Positions 13,396 through 26,459 of a stretch of 64,000 bases of DNA are shown one piece after another (positions within the stretch are counted from its first letter, which is position 1; the number at the start of each line of letters is the position of its first letter). The position numbers and the translations under genes were made by a program. Source of the DNA: Malacoraja senta (lineage: Eukaryota); the NCBI GenBank assembly GCA_038087875.1, contig CM075990.1, positions 11,038,001 through 11,102,000 of the forward strand, given 5' to 3'. The notes under the pieces are model-generated. The model saw nothing but the letters and a program-made list of their open reading frames with translations. It did no database searches and was not told where the DNA came from.

Positions 13396-16120
13396 TACCA
13401 ATAATTATGTAACAATTAAAATAGTATGTTTAAAGATAAAATCATAACTGATTCCTGAATTAAAAGTTGCTAAAACCTAAATCCTTTGCAATGACATGTT
13501 TTGAGCTTGAAGAATAGGGCTGGCTTGTTGGGTCTGTCTGCCATTCAGTGACATAATGGTTAATTTAGTCCCCAGTGCCACTTACTAATGATTTCTTCAT
13601 GCCGCTTGATAACCTCGTCCAGTGGAAACCTTTGCACAGACTTGGAGTACCAGTTTCTCTGCTCATCCACCTCCCCCCCAACATCAACAGCCTTTGCAGA
13701 GAATGAGTTGAAGAATTCCACTGCACTTTGAATGGAAAAATTGATCATCTCACTTCTGAATGGCTTGGCAAATATTTACAGTCTCTTTGCATTCACCTCC
13801 TCCATGTCTGAATTTACTTCCTTAATGGCGATGTCTTTCACTGTGAAGGCATCAACCTTTTGTGGTTTGGTCCTCAAACCCCTCGTTCCCACTTTATAAG
13901 ATATGTCTGACACACTTTTTTGACTGCTTTGCGTCATTCACCATATGCTTCCCTTTTTTTGGATCACTTGTGGTTTTCATCTTGTTAGCATTCCTGTGAA
14001 GGTCACGAGGATATTTGCTTCAGTGTTTGTGGTCTATAAACAGAAATTTCTGTTGTTGCGTCAGCAGATAATAACCATAAAAATTTGGATTGCATTTTAG
14101 TCAAAGGAAATCTTTAATCTGGACTACATCTAACTCCAGAACAGAGCTATGCGGTTTGACTCTAAACTGCCCCTTGTTATGGTCAGTTCAAGGGGTTCAG
14201 GAGTGGTTTATGATGGGCTACGAACTTGTGTCTTGCTTAAGATACAGATGTGGAACAATAAAATCAGATTTAAGTTCTGCAAGATACCAAAAATGAACAA
14301 AGTTTTTAAGTGGATTGAAACATTAATGTCAGATGTTAAATTTCAGCCAAGAGTTCTGGCAGGTAATATTCACTCTGGTATTGCACTCAAGTTATGAGAG
14401 TTGAGTCTGTGAACAGACAAACAAGTTCATCAATTATGGCAAAATTTAGATAGCAGTGATAGGAATGCTCGATCTTTAATTAGGGTATAGATCACCGCTC
14501 AAAGGTGATGTTATGCAGATATGTTTACGTTTTATCAAATTCGCTTTGGCTGATAGTTTTATCTTTTAGGAACCAGATGCGTTGATATGATGCAGAAGTC
14601 CAAAGGTTGTTACTCACTGCATATTCTGCTTGTATAAGCACATCCTCCTTGTATTCTGTGGTGAGGGCCTATTTGCAACAGGAGTAGCTAACGTTGTCAC
14701 TGCCCTTTCAATGACATTCCAAGGTGCATCAGCAGCTTAAGCAGCTAAAACTTGCAGCATGTGATACTGGGATTACTGACCAAGGGCTGGCTGGAGAAGT
14801 AGCTTTCAAAGTGAAGTTCACAGAAGGAATTCCAGAACTTAGGATGCCGACAGCTGGCGGAGCTGGAGTATTTACATTTGGGGAACAGCAAGGGAGTGCA
14901 GCGATCTTGGAGTTTATAAGACTCTGTATAGGAGCATGTAAAGCCATTGTTAGAATTGAAAGTTCAAGGAATTGCTCAATTGGGAACCAGTGTAGGTCAA
15001 GCATGTGGGTGGAGGATGAACAGGGTTTTGAGCCAGTTTCATTCATTGTGACAGTTTTTGAAAGACTATTGTTGGACAAGTTGGATGCATTGGTGGCCAA
15101 GTGCATCAACTACAGAACCATTGAATCTGGTTATCAGTGATGTTATAACCAGGTGTTATGTTTTTAATGTTGGCTCAAGGATAAATATTGACTCCAGTAC
15201 ACTTGGAAGAATTCCATATTCTTCATTGAAATAGTGCTGCAACATTTTTTACATTTAGCTGATGGGGGTTGGGGGGAAAGACAGTGCTTCAGTTTAATAT
15301 CCTATTCGATAGACTGATAAGACATAAGAAACCAAGTTGTATTTATATGCTGGTTCTCAATAATTACAATAACAAGGCCTTATTGTTTGTAATTACTAAT
15401 CTGCCAGGAATAGCAGCCATGCTTTATATGTTCCAAGTGATGACTTTGGAATTGACTCGTGCGCATTGACGGTAGTATTTTCCAGCAGTATGTCTTCAAA
15501 TCAGAAATGTGGGTGGCATGTGTCGGGCTATCAACAGAGCAGTTATGGAGAAGCATCCATTTAACTAAGTCATTGCCAGCACAAAGTTACATTCTTGTGA
15601 TGAATATAGAGCTCCATCAGAATATTTTGGAACCAAAGATTTCATCTGCATCATGTTGTTAAAATCCAGAGATTGAATTACAGTCTGTGCATGTAAGTGT
15701 TTGGTCGATGAGCACTTTTTGTCCAGAACATTAAGGATAATTCTACTCTGCTTTAAGATATACCCAATGGAGCTATTGTACCCTTTCAGAGAGTAGCTGG
15801 AACTTCACCTTAACTTATCAAAATAATGACTCAAGTGCACACAGTATTGGCCTTTTTAATTTTTTTGTGCTGAAGTGCCTTTACCAAAACTCTTGACTTC
15901 AAGATGAATGCTGCCACACCTCACTCGTTGCACATGAGAAGCACGAAATGAAAGCAATTCCTTACCATGACTTGTATGAGAATTTTCATTTATTCATCCA
16001 TTTGTTGCAAGACCCGCAATCATTCTCCATCCACAACTGGCCAGGTGAAGTGTGGATGTTTGAAACCGCCTCTGGTGGTTTGATACAGCGAAGTAACTTG
16101 CTCCTTTAAGGGCAAGGTAA

Positions 16121-16423
16121 TGGGCCTGACCCACTGTACGAGCTAATTCAAGAGTTCTCCCGAGTTTCCCCAGATTCGAACTCGGAGAATTACGGTAATA
16201 GGTGGACATTTACGGTGGACATTTTTCAACATGTTAAAAAATCTTCACGAGGCTTCCCGAGCTTACCGCGTTTCCCGAGTAGCTGCCGTTAGCGTTACGA
16301 GCCGCTAAGACGTCCCGAGCCCCGACGTACCAGCTCCGTACATTCTACGTGCTTACCACGAGTTTGATTTTTTTTTAAACTCGGGAGAGCTCTTGAATTA
16401 GCTCATACAGTGCGACAGCCCCT
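16121..16423. mobile_element. PIF/Harbinger-like MITE
   Basis: ~45-bp imperfect TIRs (gggcctgacccactgtacgagctaattcaagag / ctcttgaattagctcatacagtgcgacagcccc) flanked by TAA on both sides; shares internal sequence with 21791..22109. Confidence 0.7.
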
Positions 16424-16961
16424 TAAGAGTCAAACACTTGGGGACTTTGCAACTTATTGACACACAGCTCAAGATAAAAGTGTTCCAGCAGTAGCTTTAA
16501 AGGATGTGTGTGACATTGAGTAGAATTATCCTGTAAAAAAAAAATTAGCCCGCAATCAAACATTGTTATATAAATCATCTGGTAATGTGATTTACTAATA
16601 TCGTGTTGTATTCATGATGACATTGCGAATGTTGTTTAATTATGTTGTCCAGCCAACATTAGGTTGCTTTAATACTTATTTATATATGTCTATGAATTTC
16701 TAGACCAATTTTATTACCATTCACTACAAATTGGTTTAATATCGATTAATAGTTTTTTTTCAAAAAGCCACTTTGGATTACTGGCCTTGGTTGAGCGATT
16801 CTATGTCTCCAGATTTTAGTTACTCTCCGATTTAATGTAGCCGGGTTTCCCAAAGAGATTCTGTTAGCCTCTCTCAGGGATGCATATGCCTGGAATTTAC
16901 TGCACAATTTCCATGGAATATGAGAACATGCAATTACTCTGATCTGCCCTTGCTTGTTTAG

Positions 16962-17050
16962 GTAACGTCTGGTGGAACCGAAAGCATCCTCATGGCTTGC
17001 AAAGCCTACAGGGACCTTGGGCTCGAAAGGGGAGTGAAGTATCCGGAAAT
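16962..17050 (+). CDS. SGPL1: SGPL1 coding exon (about exon 8)
   Basis: tttag|GTA ACG TCT GGT GGA...GAA AT|gtaagt; 89 bp; [29 protein letters not shown], the TSGGTES motif of group II PLP-dependent decarboxylases. Confidence 0.96.
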
Positions 17051-19844
17051 GTAAGTGCTATTCATTTGTACAAAAACAAGAAAAAGGCAGGGTGGTCCTT
17101 CGTTCCTTGCAAATGAATGGTTATTTTACTTTTGATAATATGGACGTATTAGTATTTGATTGAGCACACAATATTTTGTGTTTTAAATCATGACTTGCCT
17201 CTCTCCCCCTTTCCTCTATTGCCGAGCTGTGTTCTCAATCCAATAATATATCTATTCCGTCACATTGATCCCATTCCCCCATTTATTTCCCAACACCCTA
17301 TTATCAAGAGTGTTTTATTGTTATATCTCCCAGATAGAACAATGAAATATTAACTCCTGATTTGCCTGCCTTTGGGATAAAGGATGAAACAGGCTTGTTA
17401 TTGTGTGAGAATATTATATTACAGTGCTCTTCAAACAGCTGTGCTATCCAGGCAAATGTAGTGAAGGAGGAATTGCCTCTCATGCAAGGCGGTATTTGTC
17501 CGAGCAGGCTCACAGGAATCAGCTTCCCACCTGTCAGGTTTACTGTTTGCACTCATTTGCTATCACTTTTTGTGGTACATGTTCTCTGTGTGTGTGAAGG
17601 CATTTTACAATGTTTCTCTGTGATAAGGCACAGAGTCTTCACTTGCTGTATCAACAAAGAGGTCAAGGTCTGGAATGCACTGCCTGAGAGCTGGTGCAAG
17701 TAGCTTTGGTAACAACCCTTCAAAAGGAGCACAATAAAATCCACAAAAAGAACAAACTGTTGGGAGTTTGGTGGAAAAGGGCAGGAGAATGGGATTAATT
17801 GGGCAGCCTGAGGTGACACAAACATGATGGATTAAGTGGCCTCCTGTAGTGTTATTCTATTATATGCTGTGGAGGAGATTATTTGCATATATTTAACAAA
17901 AAAATAACTGCCAACTGCCAATGCAAAACCATCATTGGAAAAGATCTGTTCAGTAGGCATCAATTGTTTATTTGAGTCCCACAAGAGATGGTCTAAATTC
18001 AGCTGGCGCCTGTGGGTTTTAAATAAATTATCACTTTAGTGCTTGTAGTGATGGTACAAAGGGTTTGTGTGTGAAGGTACATAACATGATCTATCTGTCC
18101 TGAAGGAAGTGGCTTTGCCAAGCATATGGCCTATTGATTGAGGGACGAGTATTTCTATTTGCTTGCTGATGCACATAATGTACTGTTGAAAGCAGCTGCC
18201 TGACGCCACATTCTACTTGTTACACAATGTGTTGGACACTTGTAGTGGAGAATGATGCATTGTGGAAATGTATATAATATGCTCAGGCCTATCGTGTGTT
18301 GTTATTTGAGTAACGACTACTCAATTTTGAGCTATAAAAATAAACTTGGTCTTTTCTCGCCTCCAACTCCTCACCCCACCCCTTACTTTCAAGTCTGAAG
18401 AAGCGTCCCGCCTCAAAATGGCACCTATCCCTTTTCTCCAGAGATGCTGAGTTACTCCAGCACTTTGTGTCTATCTTTGATATAAACCAGTACTGCATTT
18501 GTTTCTATATGTCATACATCTCAGAATTGCTGCGACCGACATCACACTTAACACTAACAACAACTTTTTATCTCTGTACTGAATTTAACACATGTGTTCC
18601 TGAGTAGTTCAGAGGAGTGGTGTCCAATATAATTTGACAAAATGCCTCGCAGAGAGATTGGGGGCAGGTGATCTGTAGTTTGTTTGCAAGGATCTTGAGA
18701 TAAGAAGAGGTTGAGAGCTGGGAGAGGTTTATGGAAGCAACTAAAGACACAAGCTGATCGAGAGGATGGATCTGGAGATGTGGTGTGATCTTGGGGGATT
18801 GTATGAAATGAGGTGTTTGGAGAGAGGTGACAATGTTAAAACAGAGTTATTATTCCAACAGGGGCAGTGTAAATCACCACAGTTGTGATTAGGGGTCCTG
18901 GTAGTGGAATTTTGGATGAGCTTGGGTCTATGGAGAATAACGGCACAACTATTGGAGCTATTATGTCGTGGGTTCAATCCTGATTTATGGCATTTTCTGT
19001 ATGGAGTTTTTCTGTTTACACTGTAACCAAATCTGTTTCCTCCCTTGATGAGCTGCCCATCAAGTCTAGTGAGTGGAGAGAGAAGCAGTTAAAACTTCAT
19101 GTCTAGAGCTACTACCTGAACTGCTGAGTATCTCCAGCATTTGCTTTTACTTCAAATCTCCAGCATCTCCAACAAAGACTTGTTTCAACTTAATCCCAAG
19201 TAAACCTCTACCTGTATATTCAGCTTCACATTTTCACTGACCTTATCCGAGTTTAACATCAGTGGGAATGTTTGAAGTATGTTTGTGAAAGTCAGCTGCT
19301 TTGTGTTTTTATGAAGATTTGGCTTCAGATTTAACAGTTCTTGTGAGGTTTCGATGGGCTTGTCTGCAGTACTGATTTCCTGCAGCACTACACCAGATAG
19401 CCTAGACCAATTAGAGCAGCTGAGAACACAGCCTACGACTTTGAAGCTTGTGCCAGATTACAATTTGAGTGAAAGGATTTTTTTTTTCCTCCGTCAACTT
19501 TATGAGCCTCTCGGTCTCAAAGGTATTTGAAACAAAACTTTCATTGATACAGATTGTTGATCACATTGCAGAATTGCGTCAAAGTGCTTCTGGTGCAATG
19601 AATTATTGACAAATGTGAGGCTCAGGAAGCAAAGCAGGCATATTGTGTTGAGTGTTGCAGGGCAGATGCAGTAAGTGGATACTCAACTAACCCTCAGTGC
19701 ATCATTCAGCGGGGCAACATGTAGTTTTAGGGGGAGGGTTCACCCTCCCTCTCCCCTCCACTGTTGGATGCATGAGATCCATGGCAGAATTTTTGGAGTT
19801 ACATTTTTATTCAGAGAGTTAAAGTGGCGGAGAGTAGCTGCCGC

Positions 19845-20130
19845 ACGGGCACAACTGGTAGAGCCGCTGCCTTACAGTGCCAGGGATCCGGGTTCCATCC
19901 TGACCTCGGATGCTGACTAAGTGGAGTTGGCACGTTCTCCCTGTGACTGCATTGATTTCCACCAGGTGCTCCAGTTTCCTCCCCCATCCCAAAGACTTGC
20001 AGGTTTGTAGGCTAATTGGCCCCTGTAAATTGCCCCTAATGTGTAAGGAGCAGATGAGAAAGTAGGATAACAGCGAACTAGTGTGAACAGGTGATGCATG
20101 GACGGAAGAGCCTGTTTCCATGCTGTTTTC
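19845..20130 (+). mobile_element. tRNA-derived SINE (HE1/V-SINE-like)
   Basis: ggtagagccgctgccttacagtgccagggatccgggttccatcctgac head, V-like core, cctgtttccatgctg tail. Confidence 0.7.
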
Positions 20131-21661
20131 AATGATCAAAGTTGAATCTTGGCCTGTGTTTCATGCCTTTCATATATCTGAAAAGCCTGAAGAAGGGTCT
20201 CGACACAACACATCACCTATCCACATTCTCCAGTGATGCTGCCTGACCCGTTGAGTTACTCCAGCATATTTTCTTTCCATATATCTGGAGATGCTGTTTG
20301 TGTAGGGCTTTGATGTCCACAAATTGGCTGTAAGGATTGTCTAAGTAAGAATAGTGAGGGTATTTAGAAAGTTAATATTGCTCCTTTGAAGTGCTTTGGG
20401 AATTGTCGATGGCATGATAAAAAATAACGTCAGCATGGTTTGTGTCGGAAGGAACTGCAGATGCTGGTTTAAACCGAAGATAGATACAAAAAACTGGAGT
20501 AACTCAACGGGTCAGACATCATCTCTGGAGAAAAGGAATAGGACGATACTGATTTGGTGTACTGGGTGGAATTCTTGTTTCTGGTTTAAGTCCTGCCCCA
20601 GTGAATGGAACGCAAGTGTAGGAGCATTGAGGACAGGCTGGGCTGCAGTCTTTCAGATGAGATGTTATACTGAGGCCCTTTCATGGTGTAAACGACTTCA
20701 CAGCACTATTCAGTGAGCGGCAAGCATTGGCCTTCTGGAGATTCTATAGTTAAACTTGGTTAAGGTTGCTGACACACTCTCTGAAACATTTCACCTTTCC
20801 CAATCTAAATTCTTCTATCTTATGTTTCTTATAAAAATGGAAACTACATGAAAAATAATTACCAACTCTCATCTTCCTTCTCTGCAATCTTCATCTCACA
20901 CAATCATAACATTCAAAACATTCGTATTAATTTGTGGTTTCAATTTATTGCAAAACACACTTTTATGTGTGAAATAAATATTAAATATTTGTATCTATGA
21001 TTTTTCCTGCACTATTGATTAATTGGTTGTCTAAGTGCTGGGGTAGATCACTGTGGAAAAGCCATCATGTGAGATCATCAATCAGATTCCAAAAGATAAA
21101 TTATTTTATCTAGACTGGTTAAAATGTTCAGATGAATACCAGGGATACATTTTGAGAAGAAGCAGAGAAAAACACACGCCAGAAAGAAGCAAAAAAAGCT
21201 GTTTGGTTTTGGGTAACATCTCTTGCATGTTTGGTATTTGGTCATCACTCCAGTTGGCGAACAGTGGAACTTTGATGCTACATGTCAGGTACATGGATAG
21301 GACAGGTGCAGAGGGATATGGGTCATAAACAGGCAGGTGGGACTAGTGTAGATGGGACATGTGGGTTGGTGTGGGCAAGTTTGGCCGAAAGGGGCCTGTT
21401 TCCACTCTGTATGGCACCATGTGTTGCTTGCTTCAGCTCCTTGAAGTTGAGGATTATGCAGCTCTGTTTGCACCATTGGCAGTGAAGCAGCTTTGTGAAT
21501 TGACGGGTGTACTTGCTGAAACTTTGCACCTCCCATCATGTGGATATACTAAAGAAGCAGCAACAACACGAGGTATCAGTCACTTCTGTATGAACTGACC
21601 TGAGATTAATTTAAAATGGCCTTGACTAGCATTGAATATGTCTTCTCTTTTTCAAACCTAG

Positions 21662-21770
21662 CGTCGCTCCAATAAGTGCTCATGCTGCTTTCGACAAGGC
21701 TGCCCATTACTTTGGCATGAATATAGTCCATGTTCCATTGGATAAAGAGACAATGCAGGTGGATGTGAAG
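21662..21770 (+). CDS. SGPL1: SGPL1 coding exon (about exon 9)
   Basis: cctag|C GTC GCT...GTG AAG|gtaggt; [36 protein letters not shown]. Confidence 0.96.
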
Positions 21771-21790
21771 GTAGGTGCCTGATAATGTTA

Positions 21791-22109
21791 AGGCCCTGTC
21801 CCACTTTCCCGAGTTACTCATGAATTCTCCCGAGTTTTCCCCTTGATTTGAACTCGGAGAATTACGGTAATAGCCGTTCGTAGGTACTCGGGGCTATTTT
21901 TTAAACTCGTGGACATTTTTCAACATGTTGAAAAAACGTCCCGACTTACCTGATGCCCCGAATTCCTACGGCTGGCATTACGAGCTGCTATGAAACATCT
22001 ACGGACTCCTACGGGCTCGCTACCGACATTACCCGACATTCGCCGAGTTCGAATCAAGGGGAAAACTCGGGAGAGTTCGTGAGTAACTCGGGAAAGTGGG
22101 ACAGGGGCT
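21791..22109. mobile_element. PIF/Harbinger-like MITE
   Basis: ~70-bp TIRs (aggccctgtcccactttcccgagttactc... / ...gagtaactcgggaaagtgggacaggggct) with TTA on both flanks. Confidence 0.8.
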
Positions 22110-22642
22110 TTACTTATTCATGTGATTGCACTTTCATAGCTTCCTCGCTTTTAGAAGTATTGGATTCTTGTTATCTAGACTGTACCACAACAATCACTAC
22201 AGATTATGCAAACATCTACACCTTCTGACCTATCCCTCACACCATCCTTGCCCATATATGTATAAAGTCTTAGGAGAAACATTTAGTTTGATCATGAAGC
22301 TGGTCAACAGTCTGAAGAAGGGTATCGACCTAATATGTCACCAGAGATACTACTTGACTCGCTGAGTTATTCCAGCATTTTGTGTCTATCTTCAGTGTAA
22401 ACCAGCATCTGCAGTTTCTTCCTACAAAATAGTGAGGCTGTCTTGGTCTTAGGCTGTGGTACAAATGAAATGTGCTGCTGCTGTACTGCTGGAGTGTTGC
22501 AATAAACTGTTAATGGATATTAAAATAGAGGCCTAGATTAATGATGCAACAGCATCTTTTTAAATCCTTTTAAATAATTTTTAATGCAGATTAAATCCTG
22601 CAACAGCCATAGAATTTAAATTCAGTTAATTAAATCTGAAAT

Positions 22643-25600
22643 TAAATTTTTAATAAAATTCTGAATATAATTGCAGAATCTAATTATCAAAATGTTATAA
22701 TCGGAGGAGATTTTAATTGTGTTTTAGATCCTTATTTAGATAAATCGATGCAAAAACAAAAAGGTCAGACGAAATCTAAAACCAGTGAACTCTTACACAC
22801 ATATATGGAAAACACAAATATAACAGATGTATGGAGGATTGCAAACCCGACGGGAAGGGATTACTCGTTTTATTCAATGGTGCATAAAACATATTCACGG
22901 ATAGGCTATTTTCTTGTGGATACAAAATTAATTCCGCAATCTCTGAATCCTAAATATCATATTAATGCGATCTCAGATCATTCTCCGTTAACTTTTGTTC
23001 TAAAACTAGAAGGAATGTCTATGAATAAACCGTTCTGGAGGTTTAACTCACAAATTTTAAAAGACCCTCAAGGGAGTATCTATCTAAAAAAACAGATGGA
23101 TCTATTTTTTGAGTTAAATGATACACCAGAGATATTCCCCACGTTATTATGGGAATCCTTCAAAGCATTTATAAGAGGAGTCATTATTTCATTTCAAGCT
23201 TATCAAAATAAAAAGAATAAGAATGAACAAAGACACTTAGAAGATCAAATAAAACAGTTAGATATAGATAATGCTAAAGACCCAACTATGGATAAACATA
23301 ATAAAATACTACTACTGAAATTTCAGTTAAATAAATTACTGTCAGAGAAAGTTATAACATTATTTCAAATCACAAAACAAGAACACTTCGAATTCGGGGA
23401 CAAACCCCACAAACTTCTAGCACGACAACTTAAAAAACGGGAAAAAGAGAATGCAATATTAAAGATTAAATCAGATAGAGGGGAAGTATTAACACTACCC
23501 AAGGATATTAATAAAAGATTTGCTCAATTTTACCAGAATCTATACACATCTAAAACGTCAATAGACAATAATAAAATCTCAGAATTTTTAGATAATTGTA
23601 ATCTACCACAATTAGAACGCAGGGAACAAGAGGAACTGGGAGCACAAATTACTTCTAAGGAGATAGAAGACACAATAAAAACACTAAAAAATGGAAAAAC
23701 ACCAGGACCAGACGGATTCAGTAATGAATTTTATAAATCTTTTTATGATATAGTTACTCCACGATTACAAAAAATGTATACATATGCTTATAAAGAGCAA
23801 AACCTACCTGAAACACTAGCGGAATCAACGATCATATTAATACTTAAAAAAGATAAAAATATAGAAGAACCAGGATCATATAGAGCTATTGCTTTATTAA
23901 ATACGGATCAGAAAATAATAGCAAAAACATTAGCCAATAGATTAAGCATGTTAGTAGACTAATACATGAGGATCAAACAGGATTTATACCTAAGAGACAC
24001 TCATTTAATAATTTGAGACGTTTGCTTAACATAATGCATTCACATAAATCTTATGACCAAGAGTTAGCTATCATCTCACTGGACGCAGAAAAAGCGTTTG
24101 ATCAAGTAGAATGGGACTATATGATCAAAGTATTGCAAAAATTCCAATTGGGAGAAAACTTTATTGCATGGATAAAACTACTATATAACAAACCTACGGC
24201 TAGAATACTAACTAATAATATTATCTTCAAAATTCGAATTATCTAGGGGCAACAGACAAGGATGTTCACTATCACCGCTGTTATTTGCTTTGGTAATCGA
24301 ACCCCTTGCTGAAAAAATAAGAACACACTCGAATATTCACGGTTATAACACAAAATATTCAAACAACAAACTATCCCTATATGCTGATGATGTACTACTG
24401 TACATCACAAAACCACAAATTAGTATACCAAATATATTAAACTTAATTGAGGACTTTGGATCCTTTTCAGGATATAGAATAAATTGGAATAAAAGTGAAA
24501 TTATGTCGATTAAACCAAAAGACTCAACACATCTCAGGAAATTCCCTTTTAAAATAGCTATGGAAAAATTCAAATATTTAGGAATTGAGATTACTAGAAA
24601 TTACCATGATATGTTTAAAGCTAATTATAATCCCCTACTTAAGAAATTAAATAATTTGATTAAATTTTGGAAAACACTTCCGATGTCCTTAATAGGTAGG
24701 ATAAATGCTATAAAAATGATTTTCTTACCACAAATCCTTTACCTATTTCAATCAATACCTATATATCTCCCAAAAAAGTTTTTCAAAAAACTGGACTCAG
24801 ACATTACAAATTTTATATGGGATTACAAATCCCACAGAATACAAAGAACACACCTTAACAAACGAAAAGAGTTGGGGGGTCTAGCGCTCCCTAACTTTAT
24901 GTATTATAACTGGGCAGTAAATATTAAAAATATGATTCACCTGCTGGACAATTCTGCCCAGCAGGTGGACTGGATTATAATGGAAAAAGGGGATTGCTCC
25001 CCGAATAATATAGGAGCGATTATTCTCTCTCCAATAAATTTGAATAATAAAAATTATAATAAAAATCCAATTATATATAGCACTATTAGAACATGGAAGC
25101 AAATAAAACAGAATCTAAAATTAAGAAACCTATCTCTCTTAATACCAATAGTCAATAACCCATCGTTTAAACCTTCAATCATAGATAAATCATTTATACA
25201 ATGGGAAAGAATGGGAATCAAAACGCTCGAAGATTTGTATGAATTAGAAAAATTATTATCATTCCAACAACTACAACTGAAATATAATTTGAAAAATAAT
25301 CAATATTTTAAATATCTACAAATCTGTGACTATTTGAAAACACACACAAAAGATTATTATAATATGCCTTCCGACTTACTAGATGAAGCAATGAAGACAA
25401 AGGCGGAATCAGTTAATTTAATATCATACTTATATAATATCATCTTAAACATAGAAATACCCACAACAGATGGAATCAGAAGAGATTGGGAACAAGATCT
25501 AGGTATAAAAATTTCAAAAGAGAGTTGGGATAATCATTTATTACAGGTGCATAAATGCTCGATCAATGTACGACATACGCTTATCCAATTTAAAACATTA

Positions 25601-26459
25601 CATAGATTATATTATTCAAAAACCAAACTAAATAAAATCTTTCCTAACGTCTCACCAATCTGTGATAAATGTATATGTCAAGAAGCTACCATAGCACATT
25701 CTTTTGTTTTTTGTACAAAAATCCAAAAATTCTGGTTTGAAATATTTGATACTTTTTCAAAATTAATCAAAATAAAACTGGTACCAAAACCAGAATGGAT
25801 TATTTTTGGAATATCGGAAGGTATTCCTGAATTAAACGTGTATCAGAAGAATTTACTCAATTATGGGCTAATAATGGGAAAAAAGCTTATACTTAAATTC
25901 TGGAAAAATGCACCCACACCAACAATAAAAATGTGGACATCAAATATGTTGGAAACATTACATCTGGAAGAGATGAGATTCCTCCTAGTAGGCAAAGTAG
26001 ACCAATTTCAAAAGACGTGGTCTACGTTTTTGGACCTATTACAAGCATGAGGTGCAATAGTAATTTAGAAAAACAAATAAATAAATAAAAGGTATCTGGA
26101 CCTGGTAATGGGAGGTAAAACAAAAACAGACTTGGTTGGTAGTTCCTTCTCTATGAAGTATGTTATAAGAGTTATAATAGAGCGATTGTTCCTTCTTTCT
26201 TTCTCTTTCTTTTCTAGGGTCTATTTTCTAACTTTACTTCCTTCTCTAACTTCTTTTCTAAGGGGCTTTCTTTTCCCAACACTCTTTTGCACTTCACAAC
26301 CTTTGCGCACTTTCTTCACTTTTCTTACTTCTTTCTTTTTCTTTCTTAAAGTTTAAAAAAGTGAAGCGGTACAAAAAATGTATTAATATATACGTGTTGT
26401 ACATTACTGTAATCTACCGTACTTCTATTAAAAAAATTATTTAAAAAAAAAAAAAAAAA
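22643..26459 (+). mobile_element. L1-clade LINE, 5'-truncated, ORF2 broken by two frameshifts
   Basis: Endonuclease motifs IIGGDFNC and SDHSP; RT motifs KTPGPDG, SLDAEKAFD, YADD; C-terminal CDKC..HSFVFC; poly(A) tail; 15-bp TSD aattaaatctgaaat at 22628..22642 and 26460..26474. Confidence 0.95.

Noticed and set aside
14724..15140. 138-aa plus-strand ORF overlapping a 126-aa minus-strand ORF
   Set aside because: No recognisable domain and no ATG start; not needed for the SGPL1 exon chain; probably chance or very old repeat (BLASTX would settle it)
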